A stretch of DNA of 64,000 nt from Octopus sinensis (GCF_006345805.1 NC_043004.1:95108001-95172000), one strand, 5' to 3'; positions 26,518 through 39,348 are shown, numbered from the stretch's first letter. The notes: generated by a model not told the origin, from the sequence alone. Numbers and translations: made by a program.

Positions 26518-27308
26518 AATGAAACTAACAAGACTATTTGGGCAGCAGCAATGGTTGGTGCAGATAGAGTTGGAAATAAAAGAAGAGAACAAACAGAACG
26601 TAGAGAGCCACACTGGCGTAGACGAATTTTTTTGTGAGAAAGAAACGAAGTTAAAAAGACATTTAGGAAAAGTTGATAGATTGAGCAGAGGAGAGTTGAA
26701 GAACGAAAACATAAGAATAATGCTGGAAAGAACATATAGAATAAAAGATAAAGATTATGATGTGATATTGGAAGAACTGAAACAAAGAGTAATAGCACTC
26801 AAAGCAAAACTGGAAAGATATGACAATAGACAGTTCAGGCAAAAGATATGACAAAAGACATTTCAAGCTAAACAGATTGTTTGAAGCAAATCAGAAGAAA
26901 ATATTTTAGGAACTAGATGGATAAATACGCGTAACAATGATGCCAGATGCAGAGGAAAGCAAGGCATTTTGGAGAGGGATCTGGGACCAACCTGTAAAGC
27001 ATAAGGATGAAGTGGAGTGGCTGCATAAAATCCAAGATAGGTTAAGAAATATGGAAGTCCAAGAAGACATAAAAATAACTACAGAATTGATAAAAAGCAG
27101 TGAAGAAAATTCCCATATTGGAAGAGCCCAGGACTGGATGCGGTCCAAGGATGTTGGATGAAGAAGCTGATAGGGCTCCATGAAAGGACAGCACAACAGC
27201 TAGATGAGTGCTTGCAGGATGGCCCAGTGTCCAGCTGGATGCCAAAGGAAAGACATTGATATATGCCAAGGATCCTGAAAATGGAAATGTTCCATCCAAC
27301 TTTAGGCT
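26518..27308 (+). mobile_element. R4/Dong-like internal fragment (pre-RT region and RT start)
   Basis: EPHWRRRI..LEELKQRVIALKAKLERYD..FEANQKK..PDAEESKAFWRGIW..IPYWKSPGLDAVQGCWMKKL..DPENGNVPSNFR; cut off at a SINE A junction. Confidence 0.88.
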
Positions 27309-27410
27309 ATAATAGAAGACACTTGCCCAAGGTGCTACGCAGTGGGACTGCACCTAGATTCATGGGGGCTGCGAAGCAAGCTTCTTACCACACAGCCACA
27401 CCTGCGCCTA
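27303..27410 (-). mobile_element. SINE A, 5' part
   Basis: Head ggcgcaggtgtggctgtgtggtaagaagcttgc on minus strand. Confidence 0.8.
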
Positions 27411-27515
27411 CACACACACAGAGATACAGACACACACACACACACGAACACACACACAGACACAGACATACACACACACGCACACACACACTTATATATA
27501 TATACATATATATAT

Positions 27516-27593
27516 AATCCAGTCTATCTTTCTAGAAAGACAGAATGGACTGAAGAGAACAGAACGGAATGGAGAGTAGCTGAAGTAACTAGA
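27516..27593. repeat. Palindrome-containing repeat, left copy
   Basis: Reverse complement aligns to 28451-28510; core tctttctagaaaga. Confidence 0.75.
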
Positions 27594-27720
27594 TATATAT
27601 ATATAATAATCATCATTTAACGTCCATTTTCCATACTAGCACATAGACGTGTGTGTGTGTATGCTTCGACCAGGATGCATAATTGCCTACAGAACAATGT
27701 GTAGTTAGTACAGTAGAAAC

Positions 27721-28143
27721 ATACTCTTTACTCTTTTTACTCCTTTACTTGTTTCAGTCATTTGACTGCGGCCATGCTGGAGCACCGCCTTTAGTCGAGC
27801 AAATCGACCCCGGGACTTATTCTTTGTAAGCCCAGTACTTATTCTATCGGTCTCTTATGCCGAAGCGCTAATTGATTGGGATGTAAACACACCAGCATCG
27901 GTTGTCAAGCAATGCTAGGGGGACAAACACAGACACACAAACATATACACACGCACTTATATATATATATACATATAAACGACGGGCTTCTTTCAGTTTC
28001 CGTCTACCAAACCCATTCACAAGGCATTGGTCGGCCCGAGGCTATAGCAGAAGACACTTGCCTAAGATGCCACGCAGTGGGACTGAACCCGGAACCATGT
28101 GGTTTGTTAGCAAGCTACTTACCACACAGCTACTCCTGCGCCT
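27721..28143 (-). mobile_element. SINE A, full length
   Basis: Colinear with 46331 and 59016; internal CA/TA microsatellite; (cttttact)n tail on plus strand. Confidence 0.92.
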
Positions 28144-28450
28144 ATACGTTGGTCATTGTTATATATGCTGTAGAAAAGTTCGAGATGTGAAGAAATCTCC
28201 ACTCTTCGCTTGGTTTTCAGTTACACACACACACACACACAGACAATATAATACAGCGTTCTTCAATGTCTTGCTCCAGCCTGGCCAATGCACACGTAGA
28301 TAAGCATATGCGTTTGTTTTGAAAACTTTCTGTAAAATCCTGTTGGAACAGATATTGTTATATATTTTGGGATGGTCATTTTGTTTTGTTTTGTTTTGTT
28401 TGTTTGTTTGTTTTTTTGCCGAATAAACACACGCACTATACATTCGTTCT

Positions 28451-28510
28451 TCACTTCAGCGACTCTCCATTCAGCTCATTCTGTCTTTCTAGAAAGACAG
28501 AATAGATTAT
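28451..28510. repeat. Palindrome-containing repeat, right copy (perfect 26-bp palindrome 28478-28503)
   Basis: attctgtctttct|agaaagacagaat. Confidence 0.8.
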
Positions 28511-28519
28511 ATGCAAACC

Positions 28520-28621
<102 letters not shown>

Positions 28622-28663
28622 TGTGTATACATACATACATACATACATACATACATACATAAA

Positions 28664-29356
28664 TACATATGAGAAGGATGACCACTATGTGAACAACCCT
28701 TATGCAAGAAGTAGATCCGCTATGGTCTTACCAATAAGAAATGTTCTCAAGAAAATTTAGCAAACACCAGAACGTAAGCGAGCAAGACAAAGGAAAAGTG
28801 ACAAAAATATAGATTAAACATAAACATGATCCACTATCAAGTTACGTAATTTTACTTACGCAATTTGTCCGTAGCTCTTCAGTATGATTGCCATTACAAA
28901 TGTAATTTGCAGAACTATACACTGGACGTCTGCATGAGGTCGGACATGTATATAGTTCTACCTGTTACACTTGTGGTTATTTTTCAAAAGTCCTCGTTTT
29001 GACGTGCTAAAACACCGGAAATAATACTGCAGAAAATAATTCACTGCAGTAGCTTTTGCCAGTTAGAGAACGTATTTATTTAAATTTAAATTTAAAATGA
29101 GGGTGAAAATTAGATATTAATTTGATTAACATCAATTTTAAAACCAGTGGTCTAGCATATTATAATCTGAAGGTTCAGAAAATTGTATTACATACATATG
29201 AGGGGGATGACCACTATGTGGACAACCCTTATGCTAGAAGTAGATCCGCTGTGGTCTTACCACAAAGAAATGTTCTCAAGAAAATTTAGCAAATACCAGA
29301 ACGTAAGCGAGCAAGACAAATGAAAAGTAACAAAAATATAGATTAGCCATAAACAT
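28664..29356. repeat. 164-bp direct repeats (28664-28827 and 29193-29356) flanking a 365-bp unique spacer
   Basis: End-to-end alignable by eye with scattered substitutions; microsatellites outside both ends. Confidence 0.9.
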
Positions 29357-29377
29357 TATATATATATATATATATAG

Positions 29378-29572
29378 TGAAAAATTAACGAAAAAACAAA
29401 AGACGAAGACGGGTGTATAAACAACAAACAGATGTTTTAGTTTAACACCCGGGAAGTGAGAAAGTCTTTTATGTTTCGAGCCTACGCTCTTCGACAGAAA
29501 GCAACATAGAAATAAACAGGGAGAGGAAATAGAAAAAGGTTTAGTGGCTAGCGATCTATCATGGCGAATATA
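29378..29572 (-). mobile_element. PLE-like terminal repeat remnant with HHR-like motif (29466-29501)
   Basis: Minus strand CUUU-CUGUCGA-A-GAGC(GUAG)GCUC-GAAA-CAUA-AAAG; TA flanks. Confidence 0.7.
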
Positions 29573-29574
29573 TA

Positions 29575-29973
29575 TCTTTATATATATAAAAGTCAAGTTG
29601 TGTGTCTGTCTCCTACGATTTAGATTCCTAACTACTCCCACATTTTGCGGTGCAGTTTAACCAAAACCGGGTATCTTATAGTCGTGATTCATATCGAGCC
29701 CTTCTAGGTATTAGCGCGCGTCTACGATTAGTCTACGATTTAAAAAAAAATTACCATAATCTTTTTCCATTTTAATGCATTTTCTTCGCCATTATATAAG
29801 GGAAGTAACTCTCTAAAAATATCTACGATGAGTCAACGATTTAAAAAAAAATTTACCATAATTTTTTTCCCATTTTTAATGCATTTTTTGCTATTTTTTT
29901 GCTATAACTCTCTAAAAATGCTTATATAGTTATTTCCCTTACAAACCCGAGCAACGCCGGGAGATACTGCTAG
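29575..29973 (+). mobile_element. Non-autonomous Helitron
   Basis: A|TC start, subterminal hairpin cccgagcaacgccggg (29946-29961), CTAG|T end, no TSD; second copy at 62139. Confidence 0.9.
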
Positions 29974-30315
29974 TATTTATATATATGGACCTGTTATTAG
30001 TCATTATGCATGGTTTTAAGTGATTGCCCTGAATCTTTTGGCAAGGACACATAGGTTGGATCTCCTGATTTTACCAAGTGTATAAAGTAAGTAAATAAAT
30101 CAATAAGTAAAACTTTTATACAAATCAGATTATATTTCATAGAAATAAAGCTTAAAGGTAGATACACATGCCACAGGACAGAGTAATAATCTCTTGTAAG
30201 ACTGTTTCTCTGTGTAACTTATCTCAAGACATGAAACAGTGAAATGCTTCAATAAAATTTCGTATCAGTGTCACTGAAAGAAGAGGAGAACAAGAGAGAC
30301 AGATAGAGGAATAGA

Positions 30316-30405
30316 GCGAGTGAGTGAGTGAATGAATGAGTGAGTGTGAATGAATGAGTGAGTGAGTGAATGAGTCAGTGAGTGAGTGAGTGAGTGAGTG
30401 AGTGA
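30316..30405. repeat. (GAGT)n/(GAAT)n repeat
   Basis: Directly visible. Confidence 0.9.
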
Positions 30406-30759
30406 GGGAGGAGGTGATAGAGAGAAGGCTTGATAGAGGGAGAGAGATAGAAATGGAAGAAATATATATAATCAATAACTGAAGAAGCAGAAATTAGATT
30501 GAAGGATTTGATTTTACTTAATTCCAGGTTTCCATGTCTGCTCGTCATTAATTTACGACAGGGAAAATTGCAAACATTTTCCCTGATTGAAATTCGAATT
30601 TCCTCTTTCACTGTGACAAGTGTTATATTTTTACGACCTCAAGCATTTTACTTTACACAGAATGTCTTGATGTGAGTAGAGTTGCCTGACTAAATGTTAG
30701 TATGTATGAATGCATTGAAATATATGTGTACGTACGTTTGTTTTCTCACACTCACACAT

Positions 30760-31180
30760 ACATACATACATACATACATATATACGTGTATAAATGTGTG
30801 TGTGTCTATATGTATGTGTACGTGTGCGTGTGAGTATCATATTTAATTTACCTTAGATTAAGAATTAATCAGAGTTTTCTACACAATACATAATTCCATT
30901 GGCTTATCAGATATTCCTGATAGATTTGTACATATAACATGATGTATGTATGTATGTATGTATATATATATATATAATATATATATATATTATAATAATA
31001 TAATATATATATATATATATATATGCATACATATATATACATATATACATATATATAATGCATACATATATATATATATATATAATATATATAATATATA
31101 TATGGCATACATATATATATATGATATATATTATGCATCATATATATATAATATATATACATATATATTATATGCCATAC

Positions 31181-31219
<39 letters not shown>

Positions 31220-31768
31220 AATATATATATATATATATATGCATTACACTCCACTAGATTTTCATGAGTATGCAACTTTATAACTACAAGCACTACTAGT
31301 GGTTCGTATGTGTGTACATGCGTTAAAATTGGTTGTTTTTTTAATTTTAGTTATACATAAAACCATCATATGAAAAAAGTACGTTACTATATAGTATTAT
31401 GTGAGGATAGAATTTATTTTACAAAAAATATTTGACAATTACATTGAAGCTATGCCACCTGCCGGATTCTTTAGTGTCCTCTGGAAGTGTAAGTAAGCAG
31501 ACAATTTGGGAAGCTTCGAAGTAACTATGATGCGTGTATATATATATATATGTATATATATCCATGTATGTATGCATGTATATATGTATGTACGTACGTA
31601 CTTATGTATGTATGTATGTATTATTTATGTATGCATGTATGTATATATACATACACACATACGCACATGCACAGACAACTTATGTACGTTTATGTATGCA
31701 CGTATATCATTCTGTATGTATGTATATGTATGTATGTGTATGTATGCACATGAATATATATATATATA

Positions 31769-31826
<58 letters not shown>

Positions 31827-31830
31827 TGTG
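30760..31830. repeat. (TA)n/(TACA)n/(TG)n field with a unique island at ~31260-31530
   Basis: Directly visible. Confidence 0.9.
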
Positions 31831-32098
31831 CATGTATGTGTATGAATATTACTTACATCCAGTCCCAAAAGACACACTTACATATACAAACTGCCATTTT
31901 CCAAACTAGAATTTCCAGTTCAAGACATTCACAGACGAGGCTATGTGTTTACCCATTCCACCGCCACAGCTCACCCAGACATACCACCACCATCACCACC
32001 ACACACGCACACACACACAACACACACACACATACACACATACACACAACATCACACTTCCACCACGCAACACATTATCACAACCAACCCACACCACT

Positions 32099-32129
<31 letters not shown>

Positions 32130-32130
32130 A

Positions 32131-32164
<34 letters not shown>

Positions 32165-32221
32165 TCGTTCTGCTACCAAATTCCCTCCCCCCCACCGCTT
32201 CCCGACCTCCGCCTCTATTCA

Positions 32222-32248
32222 CCCCACCCCCACCCCCACCCCGCCCCC
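32222..32248 (-). promoter_or_regulatory. G-quadruplex-forming / GC-box and CACCC-box cluster (candidate)
   Basis: Minus strand GGGGGCGGGGTGGGGGTGGGGGTGGGG, five G-runs of 4-5 with 1-nt loops. Confidence 0.5.
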
Positions 32249-32629
32249 GTTTTCATGCCGTCATGTAAACGGACATTCGTGTAGCATAGTTATTTCATTA
32301 ATGAAAGACAAGAATGTCCATGGCGTGCAAAGCCAATACCAGTCGCAGAACGTCTCACTTGCTCTGCTGCAATGTATTCCAGTAACCGGCTCCTGTGTTG
32401 TAGAGGCACCGGTCAAGGAGCTTCCTCGCCGCCCTCCTCCTCCTCATCATCATCATCATCAGCTGGCAATGTGTACGTTAAATTAGATTTTTCCAGTAGA
32501 GTTATGGAGCAATGTGTGGAGAGAGAGAGAGAGAGAAGTTAGACAGGTGGAGTGGAAGGAAATATGAAGGTACATCAGATTCTCTTTAAAACGTCACCTG
32601 TACTTTGACCGTTCATTTTGAGTCACTTA

Positions 32630-32696
32630 ACTGCTGCTACTGTTGCTGCTGATCCTATTGTTATTGTCGTTGTTGTATTGTTGTTGTTGTGGTTGT

Positions 32697-32728
<32 letters not shown>

Positions 32729-32799
32729 TTTATAAAATTGTTTCTTGCTTAGTTGTGGTAGCTGGTAAAGTTGCTGTAGATATTGTTGTTGTTGTTGCT

Positions 32800-32830
<31 letters not shown>

Positions 32831-32963
32831 TCACTGCTGTTAGTGTTCTTGTGGTTGTTGCTGTTGATGTTGACAACGATGGTGATGATGATGATGATGA
32901 TGACGACAACGAGTGATGTTGTCGCTGGTAGTGGTGGTAGTTGTTGTTTTTTTGTTGTTGTTG

Positions 32964-32995
<32 letters not shown>

Positions 32996-33320
32996 GGTGG
33001 TGGTGATGGTGGTGGCGGCGGCAGCAGCGGCGGCAGCAGCGGCGGCGGCGATGTTGATTGTGGTAATGATGATGATGATGATGATGATGATAATAATGAT
33101 TAACGACGATGACGATGACGGTGTTGTTGTTGCTGTTGTTGGTTGTGGTGGCGGCGGTGATGATCCTGATATGAGAATGATGATGATTATGATGATGATG
33201 ATGATGATGATGATTACGACGATGACGATCGTGTAGAAATTTTCCCCTGCGTTTGTTGCTGTCACTTGGCGATTGTTGCTATCTATTTGGTTTGTTGTTG
33301 TTGTTGCTGCTGTTGCATGA
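32630..33320. repeat. Compound trinucleotide block (GTT, GAT, GCT, GGT, GGC)
   Basis: Directly visible. Confidence 0.95.
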
Positions 33321-33414
33321 ATGTGAGGTGGAGAAAGTAACTACTTAAACATAACATGTGTTTTGTGATGCCGTTCTCTTTGAATGTAGGGGAATATGCG
33401 CGCGCGCGCGTGTT

Positions 33415-33445
<31 letters not shown>

Positions 33446-33506
33446 TGTGTGTGTGTGTGTCTGTGCGTGTGAGTATGTGTTTGGTGTTCATCTTCTTACT
33501 GCAGTT

Positions 33507-34165
33507 CAGCGTCAACAAATTCGTCAGGACAATATCGCAAACTAAAATCCCTACATTTTGCAATACGATTCACTAGAATCAACGACCACGATATCAGAAT
33601 CATTCTGAAAATGAACAAATTATTCCTGTCCCACGACGAATGTTGTGAGGTAAAAAAGAAAAAATGAAGGAAGTCTTGTGTTTCTTGTATGCATGGGGAG
33701 TTACAGCCTCCGCAGTGGATGGAAGCACTCCGTCGGTTACGACGATGAGGGTTCCGGTTGATCCGAATCAACGGAACAGCCTGCTCGTGAAATTAACGTG
33801 TAAGTGGCTGAGCACTCCCAGACACGTGCACCTTAACTAGTTCTCGGGATATTCAGCGTGACACAGAGAGTGACAAGGCGGCCTTGATACAGGTACACAG
33901 AAACAGGAAGTAAGAGTGAGAGAAAGTTGTGGTGAAAGAGTACAGCAGGGATCACCACCATCCCCTGCCGGAGCCTCGTGGAGCTTTTAGGTGTTTTCGC
34001 TCAATAAATACTCACAACGCCCGGTCTGGGAATCGAAACCGCGATCCTATGACCGCGAGTCCGCTGCCCTAACCACTGGGCCATTGCGCCTCCACACAGC
34101 CTCCGCAGTACACCTTCCACAGTTCGATCCTTATGAACTGAGTTGTCCTGATGAATTTGTCTGGG
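33507..34165. mobile_element. Non-autonomous DNA transposon (Tc1/mariner-like?) interrupted by SINE C
   Basis: 18-bp inverted repeats 33515-33532 / 34143-34160 with one mismatch; body homologous to 40082-40305. Confidence 0.6.
33717..34095 (-). mobile_element. tRNA-headed SINE C (tail type 1)
   Basis: A box TGGCCCAGTGG, B box GGTTTCGATTCC; perfect 14-bp TSD acagcctccgcagt at 33703-33716 / 34096-34109. Confidence 0.93.
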
Positions 34166-34183
34166 GTTCAAAACATACTCTCT

Positions 34184-34402
34184 TTAGTCTTTTACTCTTT
34201 TACTTGTTTCAAGTCATTTGACTGTGGCCATGCTGGAGCACCGCCTTTTAGTCGAGCAAATCAACCCCCAGGACTTATTCTTTGTAAGCCTAGTACTTAT
34301 TCTATCGGTCTGTTTTGCCGAACCGCTAAGTTACGCGGACGTAAACACACCAGCATCGGTTGGGTGGGGCACAAACACAGACACTCAAACATATACACAC
34401 AC

Positions 34403-34436
<34 letters not shown>

Positions 34437-34605
34437 CATATATGACAGGCTTCTTTCAGTTTCCGTCTACAAAATCCACACACAAGGCTTTGGTCGGCCC
34501 GATGTTATAGTAGAAGACACTTGTCCAAGGTTCCACGTAGTGGGACTGAACGCAGAACCATGTGGTTCATATGCAAGCCACTTACCACACAGCCACTCCT
34601 GCACC
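34184..34605 (-). mobile_element. SINE A
   Basis: Colinear with other family A copies. Confidence 0.9.
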
Positions 34606-34912
34606 TTCACCACCTTCCCTTTAACTAGAAACAGCAGGAGGAGTTGGGGGGGATGAGAGTGATAATAGAACACAAAGAGATGTCACCGAAAGAAACCAAA
34701 TGTTATGTAATGAACTTCGTTAGTTTACAGCTGTTTCTGCTATAAGATGTGGTGGAGTCTTAGTTGAATACCAGGTTAGCATCCTATAGCTTCATCAGAG
34801 CTTTGAATATGGGGTGCACATTATTTGGGCAAGTTTCATTTTCAGAACATACAGGCGTTATGAGTGAGAAAGTTTAGGCTGATAAACATAATGAAAGAGA
34901 GATAGAATGAGA

Positions 34913-34965
<53 letters not shown>

Positions 34966-35437
34966 TCGAAACAATTCATGGAAAAGGAGAAATTTAAAGT
35001 GGAACAGTTATCGTCAGCCGTAGAGACTAGAATCCGTGTGGTTTCGGCTCGTTTAAAGTCCAAAGACTTTAGATACACTTCCTCTTGTTGCACATTTCTG
35101 ATAGTACATATCAATGAGATGATTGACATTAAAAATAGGAATCAGAATGCAGAGGACAACATATTTGTAAGCTGGAAAAATAGGAGCAAACACTACACTA
35201 TTTTCTAAGAAATATCCTGATCATCATCATCCTCATAATCATCATGGGTCCACTTTTGCATGCTCGTAAGAGTCAGGTGGTGTTCGTTCACGTAGATGTT
35301 CTACGGCCGGTGGCCTTTGCTATCCTCAAACCTCACCTGTTTCAAAGCAACGTAATATTTCCTCATATTTCGACATGTCTTCATGGTTTGTGGTAAAACA
35401 TCGCACACAAGCATACATCAATATACATACATATACA

Positions 35438-35485
<48 letters not shown>

Positions 35486-36628
35486 AACATACATATGTAT
35501 GTATGTTTATATACACATATGCATATAAATATACTTATATATATATATATATATATATATTTGTATATATATATACATACCATACATACATACATACATA
35601 CATACATACATACATTCATTCATACATACATTACATACCTACATAGTCCGCGGTGTATACATATGTACCACTGATTTAACTCTGTTTCATCTAAATCCAC
35701 TCACAAGGCTTTGATCGACCCAAGGCGTTAGATAAAATGGTTTATGCCCTATATAATGGGTTTACCATCATCTGAAAGATAGTCATATAATTTTAAAACT
35801 CATAAATCAATATATCAATTGTAAAACTAAATTAACAATAGCCACCTTCCTTACTTGTGTTGGTCTCATCGCAATAATATCAAAGCAGTAAAAGCATATT
35901 TTCGCAGGTAAACAAAAGCAAATATTGCATTTTATATGCATGAAAATTAAATAGATAAATGTGTAAAGCATTTTCAAACTATTCTTATGGCAGTCCATAA
36001 AATCTCGCTCTATTGATGACTAATCATATTTCAATGTGTATGTGAATATTTTAGCTTATAAATTGTCACGCTGCTTCTCTGATTCAATCTTTTGAATAAT
36101 CGGTAACATGACGGTTAAAAGTTCAAGTTAAAAAGCTTTCGCTGCAAATAAAAATTAATATTCTACTTATATATTGAATATATATTCCCCTTTTATAAGC
36201 AAAAATATTCACCCATATATGCGATGGTGGTGGTGGTGGTGGTGGTGGTAGGGAAGATTGTGAGTGCGCGTAATACGGATATATGTACATACATATATGT
36301 ATATATACGTATATTTGTCTCTAAGCATGAATGTATATATACGCATGCATACACATGCACAAATACATATACGCACACACACATACACACACACGCGTAT
36401 ATATATTATATATACACATATAATATATATATACATACATGTTATACATATGCTCACATATATAGATATACAGATATATATATATATATATATATAAATA
36501 CATATATACATACATACACATACATACAATATATATATATAACATGTACATATATGCATGATATATATATACATATATATATATACATGTACATAAATGC
36601 ATATATATATATATTACATGTACATATA

Positions 36629-36675
<47 letters not shown>

Positions 36676-37571
36676 GTGTGTAACTATACATAAACACATG
36701 CACATATGTAAGTCTTTATGGATGGATGTCTGTCTGGATGTTTGTCTGTCTGTATGTGTGTATGTATGTATGTATGTATGTATGTATGTATGTATGTATG
36801 TATGTATGATGTATGATGTATGTATGCACGAGTGTGTATCTGTATACACAGCAAACTTATCTTTTTAAGTATTCATGTTCTTTCTCTGTTATCATCTTTT
36901 ACATATTTTCATCTTTTCACATATCAAGCAAACTGGCTTGTTTTCATTTCATGTTATAGGGTTTTGTTCGACTCTCTCTCACTCACTCTCCCTCTTTTAT
37001 GCAACCTCCCCTTCACCCTCCACCCTCTCTCAGTACCTCTATTTCTCTCTGGTTTGTCTCTCTATCCCTCTCTCACATTAATCTAGTTTTTCCTGCTTTA
37101 TTCTTTTATTTGTTGCTCTCCCTCACTCCTTCTCTCTCTTTCTCTACCACTCTCTCTTCCCCCATTTCTCCCTGAGATTCCAATGATGGCTGTTGGCGTT
37201 CAAGGTGAGGTTAATGCTTCCGGTAAGCTATTTGATGTTCACTTGATGATACCCCAGTCATTCACAGTTTCTCTTAAGTTGTTCCGCATGTATGAATGAA
37301 AATATGCGCTTTCACACATATATATATATACATACACGCATATACATACATACATACACATATATATATATATATATATGAATACATATTGAATATATAT
37401 ATGAATATATATATGAATATTATATATAATATATGAATTATATTATATATAGTTAATCCAAACATGAACAAAGAGAAAGCACACTCACACATCATGAAAA
37501 TATGTGCATAATACACATACACGCATACACACATATATATATATATGGATTGAATGCATCCATATATATAT

Positions 37572-37616
<45 letters not shown>

Positions 37617-37681
37617 GGATGAATGTATGCATATATGGGTGGTGGATGTCTCTAAGCGTGTATTTGCATGTGTATGTATAA

Positions 37682-37730
<49 letters not shown>

Positions 37731-37844
37731 TACAAACACTTACACACAGTGATATAATATATATATATATTAAATCACTGTGTGTGTATGTGTTTGTACG
37801 CATGCGCGCGTGAACAAATATCGTTTATCTTTTACTAATTTCAG

Positions 37845-38085
37845 TCTTTATTGCGGCCATGCTAGGGCACCGCCTTGAAGGTTTTAGGCAAACAAATCAA
37901 CCCTAGTACTTATTCTGTAAAGCCCGGTTCTTATTTTATCGATTCGCTTTTGCTGAACTGCTAGGTCACTGAGACGTAAGCTAACCACCGATGGAGGGGG
38001 GACAAATACACACATTCACACATACTTCTTCAGTTTTTCCTCGAACAAATCTCAAAAGAACCCGGAAGTACGTGACTGGCAAGCA
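37845..38085 (-). mobile_element. Degraded, internally deleted SINE A
   Basis: gcggccatgctagggcaccgcctt...tacttattctgtaaag segments. Confidence 0.65.
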
Positions 38086-38354
38086 AACTTCTGTGTCTAT
38101 ATAGAGTTTGACCATCTCTTGCACCTACACCTTAGAACCATCATGGCATCTGATTTGGCTTTTTAAACCAGACGACGTTTTGAAAAGTCACCCACATAGA
38201 TTGCATATCCGATTTGGACCTCCAAAGCTGCAGTTGAATTCTGATCTTTGCGGATCTTAAAATGTCATTTAAGGCCTCCGTTAGATTTCCAGACCTTCTG
38301 GCATACATACATACATACATACATACATACATACATACATACATGCATACATAC

Positions 38355-38385
<31 letters not shown>

Positions 38386-38723
38386 CATACATACATACAT
38401 ACATACATACATACATACATACATACATCGGTTTAGGTATACACCCCACACACGTACACGCACACAGATATATTATAAACACTCATACACACATATATAT
38501 ACATGCATATGTGTGTGTATACAAACTTGCATGTGTGTGTATGTATATATATATATGTTGTATGTACGTATGTATGTATGTATGTATGTATGTTTGTGTG
38601 TGTGTATACGTGTGTATTACTGAATCATTTACAAGGTATATTGTATGCATGTAAATAGAAGTTTATGGTTTTTTCTTTCTCTCTGTGTGTATACATTTCA
38701 TTTTTATGACATATATATATATA

Positions 38724-38910
38724 TATAAAGTTAATCCAAACATGAAAAGACGAAGAGAAAACACAACAACGCGAGGACGTGGAACAAGTATAGTATTATT
38801 GGACGCTCAGGAAAGAAGGAAATAAGAAGCGGGGTTCAACGTTTCGAGCGGAGCTCCTCGTCAGAAACATGGAAAAAAAAAGATCCAAAGAAGGGAAGAC
38901 GGAGGAAATA
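38724..38910 (-). mobile_element. PLE-like terminus in (TA)n
   Basis: TA flanks on both sides; shares its end with 5955 and 37451; carries an HHR motif. Confidence 0.7.
38834..38868 (-). ncRNA. Minimal type I hammerhead ribozyme motif
   Basis: GUUU-CUGACGA-G-GAGC(UCC)GCUC-GAAA-CGU-U-GAAC: canonical core, palindromic ACGU helix III, GUU cleavage triplet, 4-bp helix I. Confidence 0.65.
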
Positions 38911-39102
38911 TAATATATATATATATATATATATATAGATAATATATATCCACATGCATCTATCAACCTAACTACGTAGATACATATAGACAGCAGTGTG
39001 CAATGTTTTACCAAAAAGGAAAACTATAATTGTCACTAAATATTACTAGGGTTTTGGAACACCTACATTACTAGAAATGTAGGTGTTCTAACACCCTAGT
39101 CA

Positions 39103-39104
39103 TG

Positions 39105-39167
<63 letters not shown>

Positions 39168-39200
39168 TGATAGATATATATATATACACAACACACATAC

Positions 39201-39246
<46 letters not shown>

Positions 39247-39273
39247 ATATATATATTAGATAGATAGATAGAT

Positions 39274-39348
<75 letters not shown>

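Noticed and set aside
28672-28700. AUGA-containing hairpin in the direct repeats as a SECIS or k-turn
   Set aside because: The stem after AUGA is only 3-4 bp and there is no GA partner strand
30559-30585. Perfect 10-bp stem hairpin CAGGGAAAAT/ATTTTCCCTG
   Set aside because: Too short for a pre-miRNA, single occurrence, expected occasionally by chance
34147-34175. CTGATGA hammerhead-like core
   Set aside because: No helix II or GAAA follows; it is part of the transposon inverted repeat
35105-35166. In-frame TGA (35120-35122) that would let this exon candidate join the micro-exon chain by selenocysteine or A-to-I recoding
   Set aside because: No SECIS was seen, another frame is fully open (HINEMIDIKNRNQNAEDNIF), and the chain itself is unproven
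34978-35208. 76-aa plus-strand ORF and overlapping minus-strand ORF
   Set aside because: No recognisable domain; starts next to (GA)n; single short ORF without independent support
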